Virus record (IMG/VR): IMGVR_UViG_3300050821_002957
Location: 124,001 to 188,000 of that record
Length of the DNA stretch: 64,000 nucleotides
Strand: one strand, 5' to 3'
Shown here: positions 1 to 8,930 of the stretch, piece after piece
Position numbering within the stretch: position 1 is the stretch's first letter
How the letters are laid out: each line of letters opens with the position of its first letter
Position numbers and translations under genes: made by a program
Notes under the pieces: generated by a model
The model's database searches: none
Told to the model about the DNA's origin: nothing
What the model saw: only the letters and a program-made list of their open reading frames with translations

Positions 1-424
1 TTTCTCCAAATACAATATTGCTTCTTTTAAAATCTTGGGATCATCTTGAACATTCCCCAACAATACATTACATGTTAGACACAAAATCCCTCTGACCTTG
101 TTAGTTACGTGAGAATGATCCACATTAGGAATCGTTTTCCTAGTGACTCGATCCAATACCACCTTACAAATTGCACAGCAGCCACCTTGTTCTGCAAATA
201 TCAAATCGAAAGTTTCTGGTGTAATTCCATACTTATGCATTCGTCTAGATTTTGGACCGTTTACCTTACGCCAATGTGCAAGGTAACTTTTATGTCTAGG
301 CGTTTGTTTCGTTGCTCGTCGGCACGCCACACACTTTTTTGTGCTTACATATCGAGTTGTGGCACCACACTTCACACACGCATGTCCATCAAACGTTTCT
401 AGTGGTTTTTTCGGTCTGTATTGT

Positions 425-1594
425 TTACACGGTTTGTATTCTTTCATTTTTTTCTTCAAGCAAACTGTCGAACCTAGGACCGCCCTCCACTAAATGAGCC
501 ACGTATCCAGCGTCTTCGGGACCGATCTTTTTTGGTCGAATCGCAAACAGCACTGCCGGATGATAAACTGTCGTCGGCACCAACGGTATAGAAGATGGCA
601 TCGAAATTCCAGTTTCAGCCTTCACATTCAAATTGTAAAAAGCATCGAACACAATGAAGACCGGCCATTGCGTATCGGTACGAACGACGGCACGCATTTT
701 CACTTTTTTCAATGCATCTTCCAATTTCAAAGGGTCCAAAGTCCGATGCTGCCCCAAGTGCAACATGACGATCTTGATGTCTGAATCACCCTTTGTCGAA
801 TGAGTCTGCAAGAATTTATACACCGACTGTGACAACTTCCCGGCTGGCGACGAATTGAACAATTTTTCCGCTGTCTGATACGCCCATCCAACGGCTTTCG
901 CTACGGTTCCATGTGTCGGACTTTCGGTGATCAATTTCATGTACCGATCTTCATTGGTCTTGGTCGCCAGGGGAAGCATCAGGCCGACATCCTTCGACTT
1001 AGTTCGTTCGTTGTATCCTTCATTGAACAGGCGTAAAACCGAAGACCAAGAATTACCGCCAACTTGTCCCAGTGTCTTTCCTGATTTCTTGGCACCGGCT
1101 TTCAATGAAATTTTCTCGAAGATGTACTTGTCAGTTTTTACGGTAATATCGGCTTTGGTTCCAGTGTTGTTTGAAATTCCATCAACATCAATCTCAAGTT
1201 TGTTGTCGATGTTGTTCTGATACATCGCTTCGGCCAGAGCTTCAATACGAGGAGAGTTGACATAAGAAGCAGCAGCATCACCGACACGAGCCAGGAGTTT
1301 CAGGTCCAATGCTCTTAAGTCGGCCATCATGCGTTTACCAAGATTCAGCAGGAAGACGATTTTGTCTTTAGCTGTACCGCCCATGTCCATTTTAACTTGA
1401 GACTTGGTGCTGCCTTTTGGTGTGAGAGGAGCCTTCTGCATGACCTTCAGAGCTTTCATGACATCTGAAGACGTGACTTTGCCGATTTGACCGTTTGGCT
1501 TACGGAGAATGAGTTTGGCTACGATGGCGGCACCAAGCACACCTTCTGCTAGATTGCCTTCGTTGACTACTTTGTCTTTTTGTTTGAGTGCCAC
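425..1594 (-). CDS. hypothetical phage protein, possible PD-(D/E)xK nuclease fold
   Basis: 389-aa ORF with a KADI...KISLK motif reminiscent of restriction-like nucleases; CTAAATA-N5-GTG start. Confidence 0.6.
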   Translation of the reverse strand: MALKQKDKVVNEGNLAEGVLGAAIVAKLILRKPNGQIGKVTSSDVMKALKVMQKAPLTPKGSTKSQVKMDMGGTAKDKIVFLLNLGKRMMADLRALDLKLLARVGDAAASYVNSPRIEALAEAMYQNNIDNKLEIDVDGISNNTGTKADITVKTDKYIFEKISLKAGAKKSGKTLGQVGGNSWSSVLRLFNEGYNERTKSKDVGLMLPLATKTNEDRYMKLITESPTHGTVAKAVGWAYQTAEKLFNSSPAGKLSQSVYKFLQTHSTKGDSDIKIVMLHLGQHRTLDPLKLEDALKKVKMRAVVRTDTQWPVFIVFDAFYNLNVKAETGISMPSSIPLVPTTVYHPAVLFAIRPKKIGPEDAGYVAHLVEGGPRFDSLLEEKNERIQTV

Positions 1595-1598
1595 ACGC

Positions 1599-2393
1599 CT
1601 ATTTAGAAAGAGCGTGTACTACTTTCTGAGGATTGACGTGATACCAACCGGAACAATGCAGACAGTTGATTTCGCCGACTTTGAGTCCTTTGTCAGTCTT
1701 AAAAATGTCAATGACGTAGCTGTCAGTAGCGAAGGGGAACTTTTCTACCATGCGTTGGGCGTAGCTGGTGACGTACCAATTCTCGTCGGCATTGGAATAC
1801 TGAATGTCACCATTGCGGACGTATTGGGAAGCTGAGACTACTTCACCGTTAATGACCCAGACTCGCCATTCATCAGTGATCGTTTTGACCGGCGCAGTGA
1901 CGAACAGAGAATCGCCATTGATCGGATGCCAGTCGTGATGATGTGGATTAGAATCGTTTTCTCGATCTTCTGTAAAACCACGAACCCAATCCGGCCATGC
2001 ATAGGCGTTGATAACTTTGCCTTTGATGATGTTAAATCCGGCAGCTTCACGAATATAAATTTTGCCTTGGTCTGGAACCACCAACTTGTCGAGCGGACCA
2101 ACCGTCATGTCGTAGTTGATGAATTCTTCGCCAAGAGCAAGCAGGCTGGAGTATTCGTAACTTTTGTCCCAGAACACTTTCCATCCTTGTTTCATTGCAT
2201 AGGCGACGAAGGATCGTGTACCAAAAGGAATCAGTTCGCTTGGTACAGTGTCGGTGAGCTTGAGATCAATCGTGGATTCCCAGAACACATAGTCGAGTTG
2301 GATACGGCGGTCGCCAGTTGCATCGATAGCGGCTGTGAATTGGTCGATCCCAAATTCGTCACCAAACATTGCATTTTGTACGAGCCAGATCAT
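1599..2393 (-). CDS. ATP-grasp domain protein (DUF4343/R2K-like)
   Basis: EWRVWVINGEVVSASQY, YVIDI and VGEINCLHCSGWY motifs. Confidence 0.75.
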   Translation of the reverse strand: MIWLVQNAMFGDEFGIDQFTAAIDATGDRRIQLDYVFWESTIDLKLTDTVPSELIPFGTRSFVAYAMKQGWKVFWDKSYEYSSLLALGEEFINYDMTVGPLDKLVVPDQGKIYIREAAGFNIIKGKVINAYAWPDWVRGFTEDRENDSNPHHHDWHPINGDSLFVTAPVKTITDEWRVWVINGEVVSASQYVRNGDIQYSNADENWYVTSYAQRMVEKFPFATDSYVIDIFKTDKGLKVGEINCLHCSGWYHVNPQKVVHALSK

Positions 2394-2513
2394 AGTGGGT
2401 CCTGAGATTTTTCAATCATGTCGATATTGCAATAGGGACAGGTCGCCGGGAAATTTGTAGATTCGCACTGACAGACGGGACAGGCCGAAAGAAAGGTCTG
2501 ATTGAAAGTTGAT

Positions 2514-2978
2514 TTAGTATCCATTTTTGGCAATAAAGTCCAATGTATCTTTGAGTGGCGTAACCAACAGAGGATGTCCAAGAGGCGTTTCGTAAAACCC
2601 TTTGCTGATTTCCATTCGCTTGATCGGATTGTGAAGGATCTTGAAATCGCCTTCGACTGGTTTCTTATTGACCGATTCAATTTTACCACAGACCAGACAC
2701 ATACGAGTTTCAGGATGCCAGTCGTCGTTGTCCCAGGAATACGAACCACCGTAGTAGGAGTGTAGAGTAACAACAACTTTGTGCGTACACTCAGCCTTAA
2801 GAGCTTCGATCTCGGCGTTCAATTCCCTAGTAAGTTTTTGCTTGAGAATTTCTTTGGTACGAATCTGCTTGGCGAGAGATTTGTAAGTCATTGACAACCA
2901 CCTGCATAAACCAGTAATACTGCTATGGTCAATGTTAACAAACCACCCACGCCGAAAGCTACTGGAATAGACCACCAA
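2514..2978 (-). CDS. hypothetical protein
   Basis: ORF in the co-directional gene run; real start probably at MTYKSL. Confidence 0.55.
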   Translation of the reverse strand: MVVYSSSFRRGWFVNIDHSSITGLCRWLSMTYKSLAKQIRTKEILKQKLTRELNAEIEALKAECTHKVVVTLHSYYGGSYSWDNDDWHPETRMCLVCGKIESVNKKPVEGDFKILHNPIKRMEISKGFYETPLGHPLLVTPLKDTLDFIAKNGY

Positions 2979-3025
2979 GGAACCGAATTCCTCTTCATGA
3001 ATTCTTCAATCATGAAATCATTCTA

Positions 3026-3565
3026 TCACGATTGTTTGACAGGCGCAATCAGAGCGACAGCGAGTTTGCCATCTTGACGTGGAATCGATTCAGGCTTTCC
3101 AAATGGCTCCAGGTCGGCAATGAGACGTTTGAGAAGATCGTATCCAATGTTGGTATGAGCGATCTCTCGGCCACGGAACTGAACGACGGCTCGGACTTTG
3201 TTGCCGTCTTTCAGGAATTCAATTGCATGTTTCTTTTTGAAATCGTAATCGTGATCGTCAGTGTTTGGCCGGAACTTCAGTTCTTTGATGACGGTGACGT
3301 GTTGGTGACGCTTTGCTTCTTGTTTTTTCTTTTTCTCTTCAAACAAATACTTACCGTGGTCCATAACTTTGGCGACGGGCGGCTTGGCAGTTGGAGAAAT
3401 GCAGATGAGATCAAGGTTGAGTGCTCTGGCTCGTTGGATTGCTTGATTGGTTGGAAGGATGACGTTGGAGCCATCTGGGAAGATTGTCCGAACTTCAGGA
3501 AACCGGATACCTTCGTTTACGTTATCTTTGATTTTTGGTCGTGGGGTTCTTGGTTGATATGCCAT
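3026..3565 (-). CDS. infC: translation initiation factor IF-3
   Basis: NEGIRFPEVR, KPPVAKVMDHGKYLFE, IKELKFRPNTDDHDYDFK and FRGRE motifs. Confidence 0.97.
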   Translation of the reverse strand: MAYQPRTPRPKIKDNVNEGIRFPEVRTIFPDGSNVILPTNQAIQRARALNLDLICISPTAKPPVAKVMDHGKYLFEEKKKKQEAKRHQHVTVIKELKFRPNTDDHDYDFKKKHAIEFLKDGNKVRAVVQFRGREIAHTNIGYDLLKRLIADLEPFGKPESIPRQDGKLAVALIAPVKQS

Positions 3566-3586
3566 TAAGTGTAATTATTTAGACCT

Positions 3587-3985
3587 TTACCACTTGATTA
3601 ATAAAGTCCATTCGGTGTAGGCAGCATGAGAGTAGTCACCTTCACCACAACTGGCGGCAGTGTCCTTATATTCTGGATAGTATTTGGAAATAAGGGCCAC
3701 ATGATACCCTTCGTTTTCTAGTAGTTGTCTAGCGGCAGTAGTGACAACCCGTCCATTATCATCTTTCCACCAATCAGGAGAGACTTCTAAAGATTGAAGA
3801 CCTTTGCTGGCAGCTTCTTCAATTTTCTTGTGAATCTTTTCGACCATCTCTTTTGGATACTTGTCTTTCAAGTCCAATTGAAATTTTTTGGTTTCTTCTT
3901 CCCGCCTGATCCGGTCGGCCTCACTCTTTTCCCAGGCGAGTTGATTGGCTTTTTTGGTTGCGGCGGCAGCTTCTTTTGCAGTCAT
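3587..3985 (-). CDS. hypothetical protein
   Basis: 132-aa ORF in the gene run. Confidence 0.55.
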   Translation of the reverse strand: MTAKEAAAATKKANQLAWEKSEADRIRREEETKKFQLDLKDKYPKEMVEKIHKKIEEAASKGLQSLEVSPDWWKDDNGRVVTTAARQLLENEGYHVALISKYYPEYKDTAASCGEGDYSHAAYTEWTLLIKW

Positions 3986-4042
3986 AGTTTATAACGTGGC
4001 CGGATGCTATTAGTCACCCGGCTACGCCCACAGCGATGGATA

Positions 4043-4549
4043 TTACTCCACCAAATCGAATGCCCAGTTTGCCGCTTGAATCGACGTATCGAGCAGACGA
4101 AGTTCTTGACTCAGGTCATCGACGAGCTTGGTAAAATAGGCCAAGCTGACACCAGGAGCCACGAGCATTTTCGGAGCGTTCTCACCGTACATGCGGCGAG
4201 ACTGATTACGCCCACGAATTTGCTCTTTGATATTTGCAAAATGTTGGATCTGCGATTTCAAGGCATCACGATGAGCAAGCGCCTGCATCATGGTTCGTTC
4301 GCCGACCATCGTAGAATTGTTGGAAGTGTTGATGGAAACCGTCAGTGCTTCCCAACGATGAAATGCACTATGAAGAGAGATTAACAGTGCAGCAGCGTCT
4401 TCTCTTTCATCGTCATCGGCTACAAGACCGGGTAGCCCGAGACCAATCGTTGGTTCTTCAACTAATGCTGCTTCTGAAAAACGACGGTTCAGGTCTGTAA
4501 TACGTGCGCCCAAGGCTTTCTTTTCGAGCAATGCTTCTGCAAGTTTCAT
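4043..4549 (-). CDS. DIP1984-family coiled-coil protein
   Basis: N-terminal MKLAEALL and C-terminal LRLLDTSIQAANW signature; SD aaagga upstream. Confidence 0.8.
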   Translation of the reverse strand: MKLAEALLEKKALGARITDLNRRFSEAALVEEPTIGLGLPGLVADDDEREDAAALLISLHSAFHRWEALTVSINTSNNSTMVGERTMMQALAHRDALKSQIQHFANIKEQIRGRNQSRRMYGENAPKMLVAPGVSLAYFTKLVDDLSQELRLLDTSIQAANWAFDLVE

Positions 4550-4558
4550 AATGTCCTT

Positions 4559-4771
4559 TTAATCTCGTCCCGATCCCCAAGTGTTGTTTGGCTCGTATGA
4601 GCATTGTTCGACCGTTGCCATTGCACGAACAAAAACGATGCCACCATGTTCTACCTCTGGAAGAGAGAAATCAATATCTTTGATGTCACACTTAAGATTT
4701 TTGCGGATTAGATATTGTTTAATTGCTAATTTGATCTCTGGCTCGTCAAGAGTTACTTGGTGTGTCAACAT
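4559..4771 (-). CDS. hypothetical protein
   Basis: 70-aa ORF. Confidence 0.5.
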   Translation of the reverse strand: MLTHQVTLDEPEIKLAIKQYLIRKNLKCDIKDIDFSLPEVEHGGIVFVRAMATVEQCSYEPNNTWGSGRD

Positions 4772-4803
4772 GCTTTGATGATACTGTATTTTTGTTGAGT
4801 TGT

Positions 4804-4831
4804 AAAGGGGTGCTGCGAAAACACCCCCTTT
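4804..4831. terminator. intrinsic terminator hairpin closing the ncRNA cluster
   Basis: aaaggggtg-ctgcgaaaa-cacccccttt inverted repeat flanked by A/T runs. Confidence 0.7.
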
Positions 4832-4832
4832 T

Positions 4833-5205
4833 GATGGCCGCAGGATTCTACTGTTTCCAATCCTGCCAAAGTCAACCGCTAAACTTTCCCGGTTGGTCAG
4901 CCTACGTCTCGTGCAGGCTACGCTATTCTTTCACAGTATGTCACGATACTTGCCGAACCAATTAAGGCCGGGGAACTGACTGTCAGCTACTCGATAAAGA
5001 ATAAATTTTAGTGGAAGCATCCGACCATCTTACGATGACTTTGCTGCCCCGTCCACAAGCGGGAACGTTTTAGCCTGTTTCGATTACTCTAACAGATTAC
5101 TCTTTCGAGAGACGTTCGTGACAGACTTTTTAACCCAGGTCTGCCAGCCGGATTCTCCTCAAATGGAGTTGTCGGCGAACCGATTCCATACACTCAGGAG
5201 TCGAG
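4833..5205 (-). ncRNA. candidate large structured ncRNA (~370 nt) of unknown family
   Basis: No credible ORF; many hairpins on the minus strand (ctctc-gaaa-gag, gtcatc-gtaa-gatggt, agcctgc..gtaggct, gcaggatt..aatcctgc, gcagac..gtctgt); ends at the terminator. Confidence 0.5.
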
Positions 5206-5210
5206 AAATT

Positions 5211-5360
5211 TTTGATCCGAACAAATGGGAGCAATGGATGTTGTTAGGTGCTCTACCATTGAGCTACGTCCTCCATAATAATTTTGGGAGGACGATGGGA
5301 CTCGAACCCATAACCACCCGCTTAATAGGCGATAACCCATCACGAACGGCTCGAATCAAA
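5211..5360 (-). ncRNA. Y RNA-like (YrlA-type) permuted tRNA mimic, copy 1
   Basis: Terminal stem GAGCCG/UUUGUUC and GUUAUC motif, then T arm (AUGGG UUCGAGU CCCAU), loop-closed acceptor stem (CGUCCUCC/GGAGGACG) and D arm (GCUC AAUGGUA GAGC). Confidence 0.85.
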
Positions 5361-5366
5361 CTTGAA

Positions 5367-5496
5367 TCGTGAACAAATAAGCGCCATCCGAGGTTTAGCA
5401 TCTTAACCATTAGACGATACTAGTTTTACCCAGCAGCGGGACTCGAACCCACATCGCTCGTTTTATAGACGATAACGGACAACAAACGGCTCACGA
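5367..5496 (-). ncRNA. Y RNA-like (YrlA-type) permuted tRNA mimic, copy 2
   Basis: Same GAGCCG...GUUAUC...UUUGUUC frame; T arm GUGGG UUCGAGU CCCGC precedes the closed acceptor stem and D arm GUCU AAUGGUUA AGAU. Confidence 0.8.
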
Positions 5497-5500
5497 AAAT

Positions 5501-5677
5501 TTTGGTGCGAACAAATGGCGACAGTAGGGAATGCTCACTCTTTTCAAGTTTTGCTGAACTTCGCCCAGGCCGAGACCTTTACGAGCGGTGAGGATTCGAC
5601 CCCACTCTTTCATTACCCTTGCGGATAATGACGTTCCAAACCAATAGATAACCTACCAATCAACGGCTCACACTAAA
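5501..5677 (-). ncRNA. Y RNA-like ncRNA, copy 3 (divergent, extra helices)
   Basis: GAGCCG/GUUAUC/UUUGUUC frame; T-like arm with GUCGAAU loop; extra GCAA-capped hairpin. Confidence 0.7.
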
Positions 5678-5682
5678 CTCTT

Positions 5683-5862
5683 CTACTTGTTTTTATAATC
5701 GGTCTCGTAGAACCCCGATCCTTTGAAGTGAATCGCAACAGGCGACATCAACTTCTCCAGCTTACCACCGCACTCATGTCTGTCAAGCGGTGCATCATCC
5801 ATTCGTTGTCGAACTTCAAATATTTCTCCGCACTTTTCACAAACGTATTCGTACAGTGCCAT
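5683..5862 (-). CDS. FmdB-family zinc-ribbon protein (59 aa, absent from the ORF track)
   Basis: Manual translation MALYEYVCEKCGEIFEVRQRMDDAPLDRHECGGKLEKLMSPVAIHFKGSGFYETDYKNK*. Confidence 0.9.
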   Translation of the reverse strand: MALYEYVCEKCGEIFEVRQRMDDAPLDRHECGGKLEKLMSPVAIHFKGSGFYETDYKNK

Positions 5863-5871
5863 TCAAATTTA

Positions 5872-6026
5872 TTGTCCGAACAAATGATCGCCTAAGGAAA
5901 TTTGTGACGGTCGCTCTACCAACTGAGCTACATCCAACGTTAACGTTCGCACGCCTAGATGGAAGACAGGACTCGAACCTGCGGCCTACTGTTTGGAATG
6001 ATAACCCTAAACTACGGCTCGAACAA
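5872..6026 (-). ncRNA. Y RNA-like (YrlA-type) permuted tRNA mimic, copy 4
   Basis: GAGCCG/GUUAUC/UUUGUUC frame; T arm GCAGG UUCGAGU CCUGU followed by D arm GCUC AGUUGGUA GAGC. Confidence 0.82.
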
Positions 6027-6033
6027 AACTCTA

Positions 6034-6121
6034 TCTCCCGAAAGGATCTTCCTTCACTTCTGGCTCCATATTACCGTTCGCACGACTTTTTAGCCATCGT
6101 TCTAGCTTAAACTACAGGAGA
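6034..6121 (-). pseudogene. degenerate tRNA-like element
   Basis: Acceptor-like UCUCCUG/CGGGAGA and D-like arm; 6-nt anticodon loop, no TTC T-loop, no CCA. Confidence 0.35.
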
Positions 6122-6126
6122 AAATC

Positions 6127-6203
6127 TGGTAGTCAGTCTCGGACTCGAACCGAGGGCCTTCTCCGTGTAAAGGAGTTGCTCTAACCAACTGAGCTAACCG
6201 ACT
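6127..6203 (-). tRNA. tRNA-Val(TAC)
   Basis: Cloverleaf, anticodon loop TTTACAC, CCA encoded. Confidence 0.95.
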
Positions 6204-6208
6204 AAAAT

Positions 6209-6285
6209 TGGTAGCGGATCTAGGAGTCGAACCTAGTATCTCAAGGTTATGAGTCTTGAATGGTTGTCCGTTCCACTCACCCGCA
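6209..6285 (-). tRNA. tRNA-Met(CAT), initiator-like (1:72 mismatch)
   Basis: Loop CTCATAA, CCA end, U1/U72 mismatch. Confidence 0.85.
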
Positions 6286-6402
6286 AATCGAAACCGGAGC
6301 ATACTGCGCTCTACGGTAAACTTGTATTCCTGCCTACGTCCTCTCGCCTTCAGTCATTATGGTACGAAACCCATGCATAGATTCCGCACTGAGGATCATC
6401 AG

Positions 6403-6801
6403 TCACCGTAAAGCTCGGTTCGCATCTACGAACAACTGCAACGCTACGGAATGCCGTTTTTCCGGCAGGAAATTCTCATATGTTTCTATCCTGTGGCAAT
6501 TGGCACACAGAACTTCACATTTTGCAATCTCAGCACGTACCCTAGCTTCGCTCCAACATTTACGAACCGCATCGGCCACGTTTGCTACTTTATCACGCAA
6601 ATGATGAAAATCAAGAACTCTAAAATCCTTGATCCCACATTCTACGCATCCACTCGCCTCTTTCAAAGTTCTAACCAACAACAGAAGACGCTCTTTCGTA
6701 GCACGATTATGAATCAATGCCCTAGCTTTTAACTTGGCTTTGTTATTCAAATAATGCCGATGAGCACTCTCTTTCTGTTTGATCTTACACTTATGAGGCA
6801 T
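6403..6801 (-). CDS. HNH homing endonuclease
   Basis: CVECG...LDFHH...CEVLCANCHRIET motif; start moved to the ATG just after the tRNA CCA. Confidence 0.88.
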   Translation of the reverse strand: MPHKCKIKQKESAHRHYLNNKAKLKARALIHNRATKERLLLLVRTLKEASGCVECGIKDFRVLDFHHLRDKVANVADAVRKCWSEARVRAEIAKCEVLCANCHRIETYENFLPEKRHSVALQLFVDANRALR

Positions 6802-6803
6802 TC

Positions 6804-6880
6804 TGGTTGCGGCAGATGGCTTCGATCCATCGACTTCTTGCTTATGAGGCAAGCGTTCTACCGGGCTGAACTATACCGCA
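6804..6880 (-). tRNA. tRNA with CAT anticodon (Met or Ile2)
   Basis: Cloverleaf with cttgc-CTCATAA-gcaag anticodon arm; CCA. Confidence 0.9.
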
Positions 6881-6889
6881 AAAACTTTC

Positions 6890-6971
6890 GCAATGAACAA
6901 ATTTTTCAATGTCGGGTTTTCCTGGCATCTTAAAAGAACGCTGATAACCAACATCTTCGGCTCATCACTGC
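6890..6971 (-). ncRNA. short Y RNA-like ncRNA lacking the tRNA module (YrlB-like), copy 5
   Basis: GAUGAGCCGAA...GUUAUC...UUUGUUCAUU; begins 5 nt after a TATAGATA late-type promoter. Confidence 0.7.
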
Positions 6972-7000
6972 TTTACTATCTATACACGCAAAAATTGTGT

Positions 7001-7135
7001 AGAGCGAACAAATATGTAGGTCTCCGCTTGTAACTACCGCCCGGACGCAATCAATATTACTACTGACTGCGGTATGGAATCGAACCACATCGCCTTTTTT
7101 GCAGAAAGAGAACAGAAACCCAGGCGGCTCACTCT
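7001..7135 (-). ncRNA. Y RNA-like ncRNA, copy 6
   Basis: GUGAGCCG/UUUGUUCGC stem; T arm UGUGG UUCGAUU CCAUA; closed acceptor-like stem; TTGACA/TATTCT and CTAAATA promoters directly upstream. Confidence 0.72.
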
Positions 7136-7175
7136 GACTTATTTAGAATACCACACCCAGTCACAGTGTCAAGTA

Positions 7176-7481
7176 TTATTTTCCGAGAAAGAACAAAGAC
7201 GAATAGATGCCGGTCACCGTACCAAGAACACCACCGGCAGTATAACCGATCCATTGAATAAAAGTGTCCTCATCTTTGCCTTTCATCATTTTCTTGATCA
7301 CAAAAAATGTCAATGAGGCCAGTGTTGTATCTGTGATGATAGCCGCCAGAACGTTAGCCTGTGCGACGGCTCTCCATGAGATTGTACAAAGACCCCAATT
7401 GAAAAACTGCATGGCTCCAATTTCAAGTGCATCAATGATCTGTTTCTTGTTGACTGCTGGAAATCGGAAAATTACTTTCAT
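7176..7481 (-). CDS. small membrane protein
   Basis: Three hydrophobic segments. Confidence 0.6.
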   Translation of the reverse strand: MKVIFRFPAVNKKQIIDALEIGAMQFFNWGLCTISWRAVAQANVLAAIITDTTLASLTFFVIKKMMKGKDEDTFIQWIGYTAGGVLGTVTGIYSSLFFLGK

Positions 7482-7494
7482 GCTTGGATTTAGA

Positions 7495-7968
7495 CTAAGC
7501 TAAAACTGCAACATGCTTACCCAGGCGTGCAGAAAAATAACTTACAGCTTCTTCATACGAAGAGAAAATGTTCGCAGTCGGAAACCTTTCACGAAGATCC
7601 TTTTCAGTCTTCTTCAGAGCTTTTAAGAGATGGCCGCTGTACTCTCTGTTGTCGAACACAATCACAGTAGTACTTGGCTTATCGTACAAGCCCATCACAG
7701 CCTCGACAATGCTGTAGACAGAAACATGTGTCGCATCGCCGGGGTTCGGAGAGCAGATGTAAAAGAGGTTATATTGCGCCTCACGTTTTGCCTGATCTTC
7801 TGCGACTTGACATTCCGGTGTCCAATCAGGAACTACAGGATTATAAAGGGATTCTGCCGGAACACCAGCAGCTACAAGATCATCAATGAAAGTGGACCGC
7901 CATGTGGTAGATCCGACAGTACCGCCAAGGAAAATGGATGTGTGTGACATGAATTTATCACACCACAT
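7495..7968 (-). CDS. nucleoside 2-deoxyribosyltransferase-like protein
   Basis: IFLGGT...WR, YNPVVPDW and SIVE motifs. Confidence 0.7.
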   Translation of the reverse strand: MWCDKFMSHTSIFLGGTVGSTTWRSTFIDDLVAAGVPAESLYNPVVPDWTPECQVAEDQAKREAQYNLFYICSPNPGDATHVSVYSIVEAVMGLYDKPSTTVIVFDNREYSGHLLKALKKTEKDLRERFPTANIFSSYEEAVSYFSARLGKHVAVLA

Positions 7969-7972
7969 ATTC

Positions 7973-8323
7973 CTATTCTGTCAACATTGAGGCGTAGATA
8001 AGAAGCTCTTCTTGAGATCTAAAGTAATGTTCGATTTTGCGAGAACATTCAAGATGACTCGGCATGAAACTACTGTACATGCATAAAGTACAGCCCATAT
8101 CATGCCGAGAGCGTAGAAACGTCGTCAGAGGCGCTGGAAGATCCTTTCGGTCCTCTAGGTCATACAAGTCCTGTTCAGCACGTCCTAACGTCTTCATGCG
8201 CTCGGCACACTCTTTCATCACACTATCTTTGAAATTCGATTCAGTAATCAGACGTGCATTCACACTGGCAGCTTTCTTTGCTACCATCCACGTCCGTAAT
8301 GTATCGAAAATCAGTTTATCCAT
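7973..8323 (-). CDS. hypothetical protein
   Basis: ORF coupled to the thioredoxin gene. Confidence 0.5.
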   Translation of the reverse strand: MDKLIFDTLRTWMVAKKAASVNARLITESNFKDSVMKECAERMKTLGRAEQDLYDLEDRKDLPAPLTTFLRSRHDMGCTLCMYSSFMPSHLECSRKIEHYFRSQEELLIYASMLTE

Positions 8324-8648
8324 TTATTGGGGTTGCCAAATACTTCAAAAGATCGGTCGGTGTTCTTGGACCGTCATATCGTGAAACTTCAACCCCGCCT
8401 TTGAACAGAGCCAAGGCGGGAATGGACCGGATTTTGAACTGCTCGGTCTGGATTGGATTTTCGTCAATGTTCAATTTACCAACTTTCACTGCACCGGCAA
8501 TATCGTTCGCTACGATTTCCAAAACTGGCGTCAGCTTCACACACGGACCACACCAGGGTGCCCAAAAATCCACCAGGACGGGTAACTCAGACTTCAGTAC
8601 TTCTTCCTCAAAATTTGCGTCAGTCAATTCTACAATGTTCTCGCTCAT
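8316..8648 (-). CDS. trxA: thioredoxin
   Basis: VLVDFWAPWCGPC active site. Confidence 0.97.
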   Translation of the reverse strand: MSENIVELTDANFEEEVLKSELPVLVDFWAPWCGPCVKLTPVLEIVANDIAGAVKVGKLNIDENPIQTEQFKIRSIPALALFKGGVEVSRYDGPRTPTDLLKYLATPING

Positions 8649-8930
8649 GCTTTCCTTCCCTTAATTGGTTCCTTCCGATGATTCTTGCAGTAATATTGCC
8701 CGTTTTCCATGTGCCGGGTTACTTTACCGCAGCCAATAACACACGGTCTTGCTTTGTTTCGTCCAGTCATTTGTCCTCTTGTTTAGTATAGCATTCCAGG
8801 CATCTTACCGTCGTCGTTCGATTGGTCAGGATGGTATGTCCACACTCGCCTCGCACCACGTTAGGATAACCATTTAGCGCCGGTCTGATCACTTCAGTAA
8901 TTTTCACCGAAGGCCAGTTCTTTAGAAACA

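Noticed and set aside
5211-6026. Recurrent motifs gaacaaat / gataac / acggctc as a CRISPR array
   Set aside because: The repeats are short and split and the units fold as structured RNAs. There are no identical 25-40-nt repeats and no cas operon; the Cas4-like exonuclease is a common stand-alone phage gene.
6330-6405. CUGAUGA as a hammerhead ribozyme core
   Set aside because: The required GAAA after stem II is absent (the sequence reads GUAG).
6802-6852. N-terminal extension of the HNH ORF in the ORF track
   Set aside because: It runs through a tRNA gene; the ATG at 6801 is more plausible.
4800-7200. Ro60/TROVE gene next to the Y-like RNAs
   Set aside because: No ORF of suitable size or with a matching motif is present in this window.
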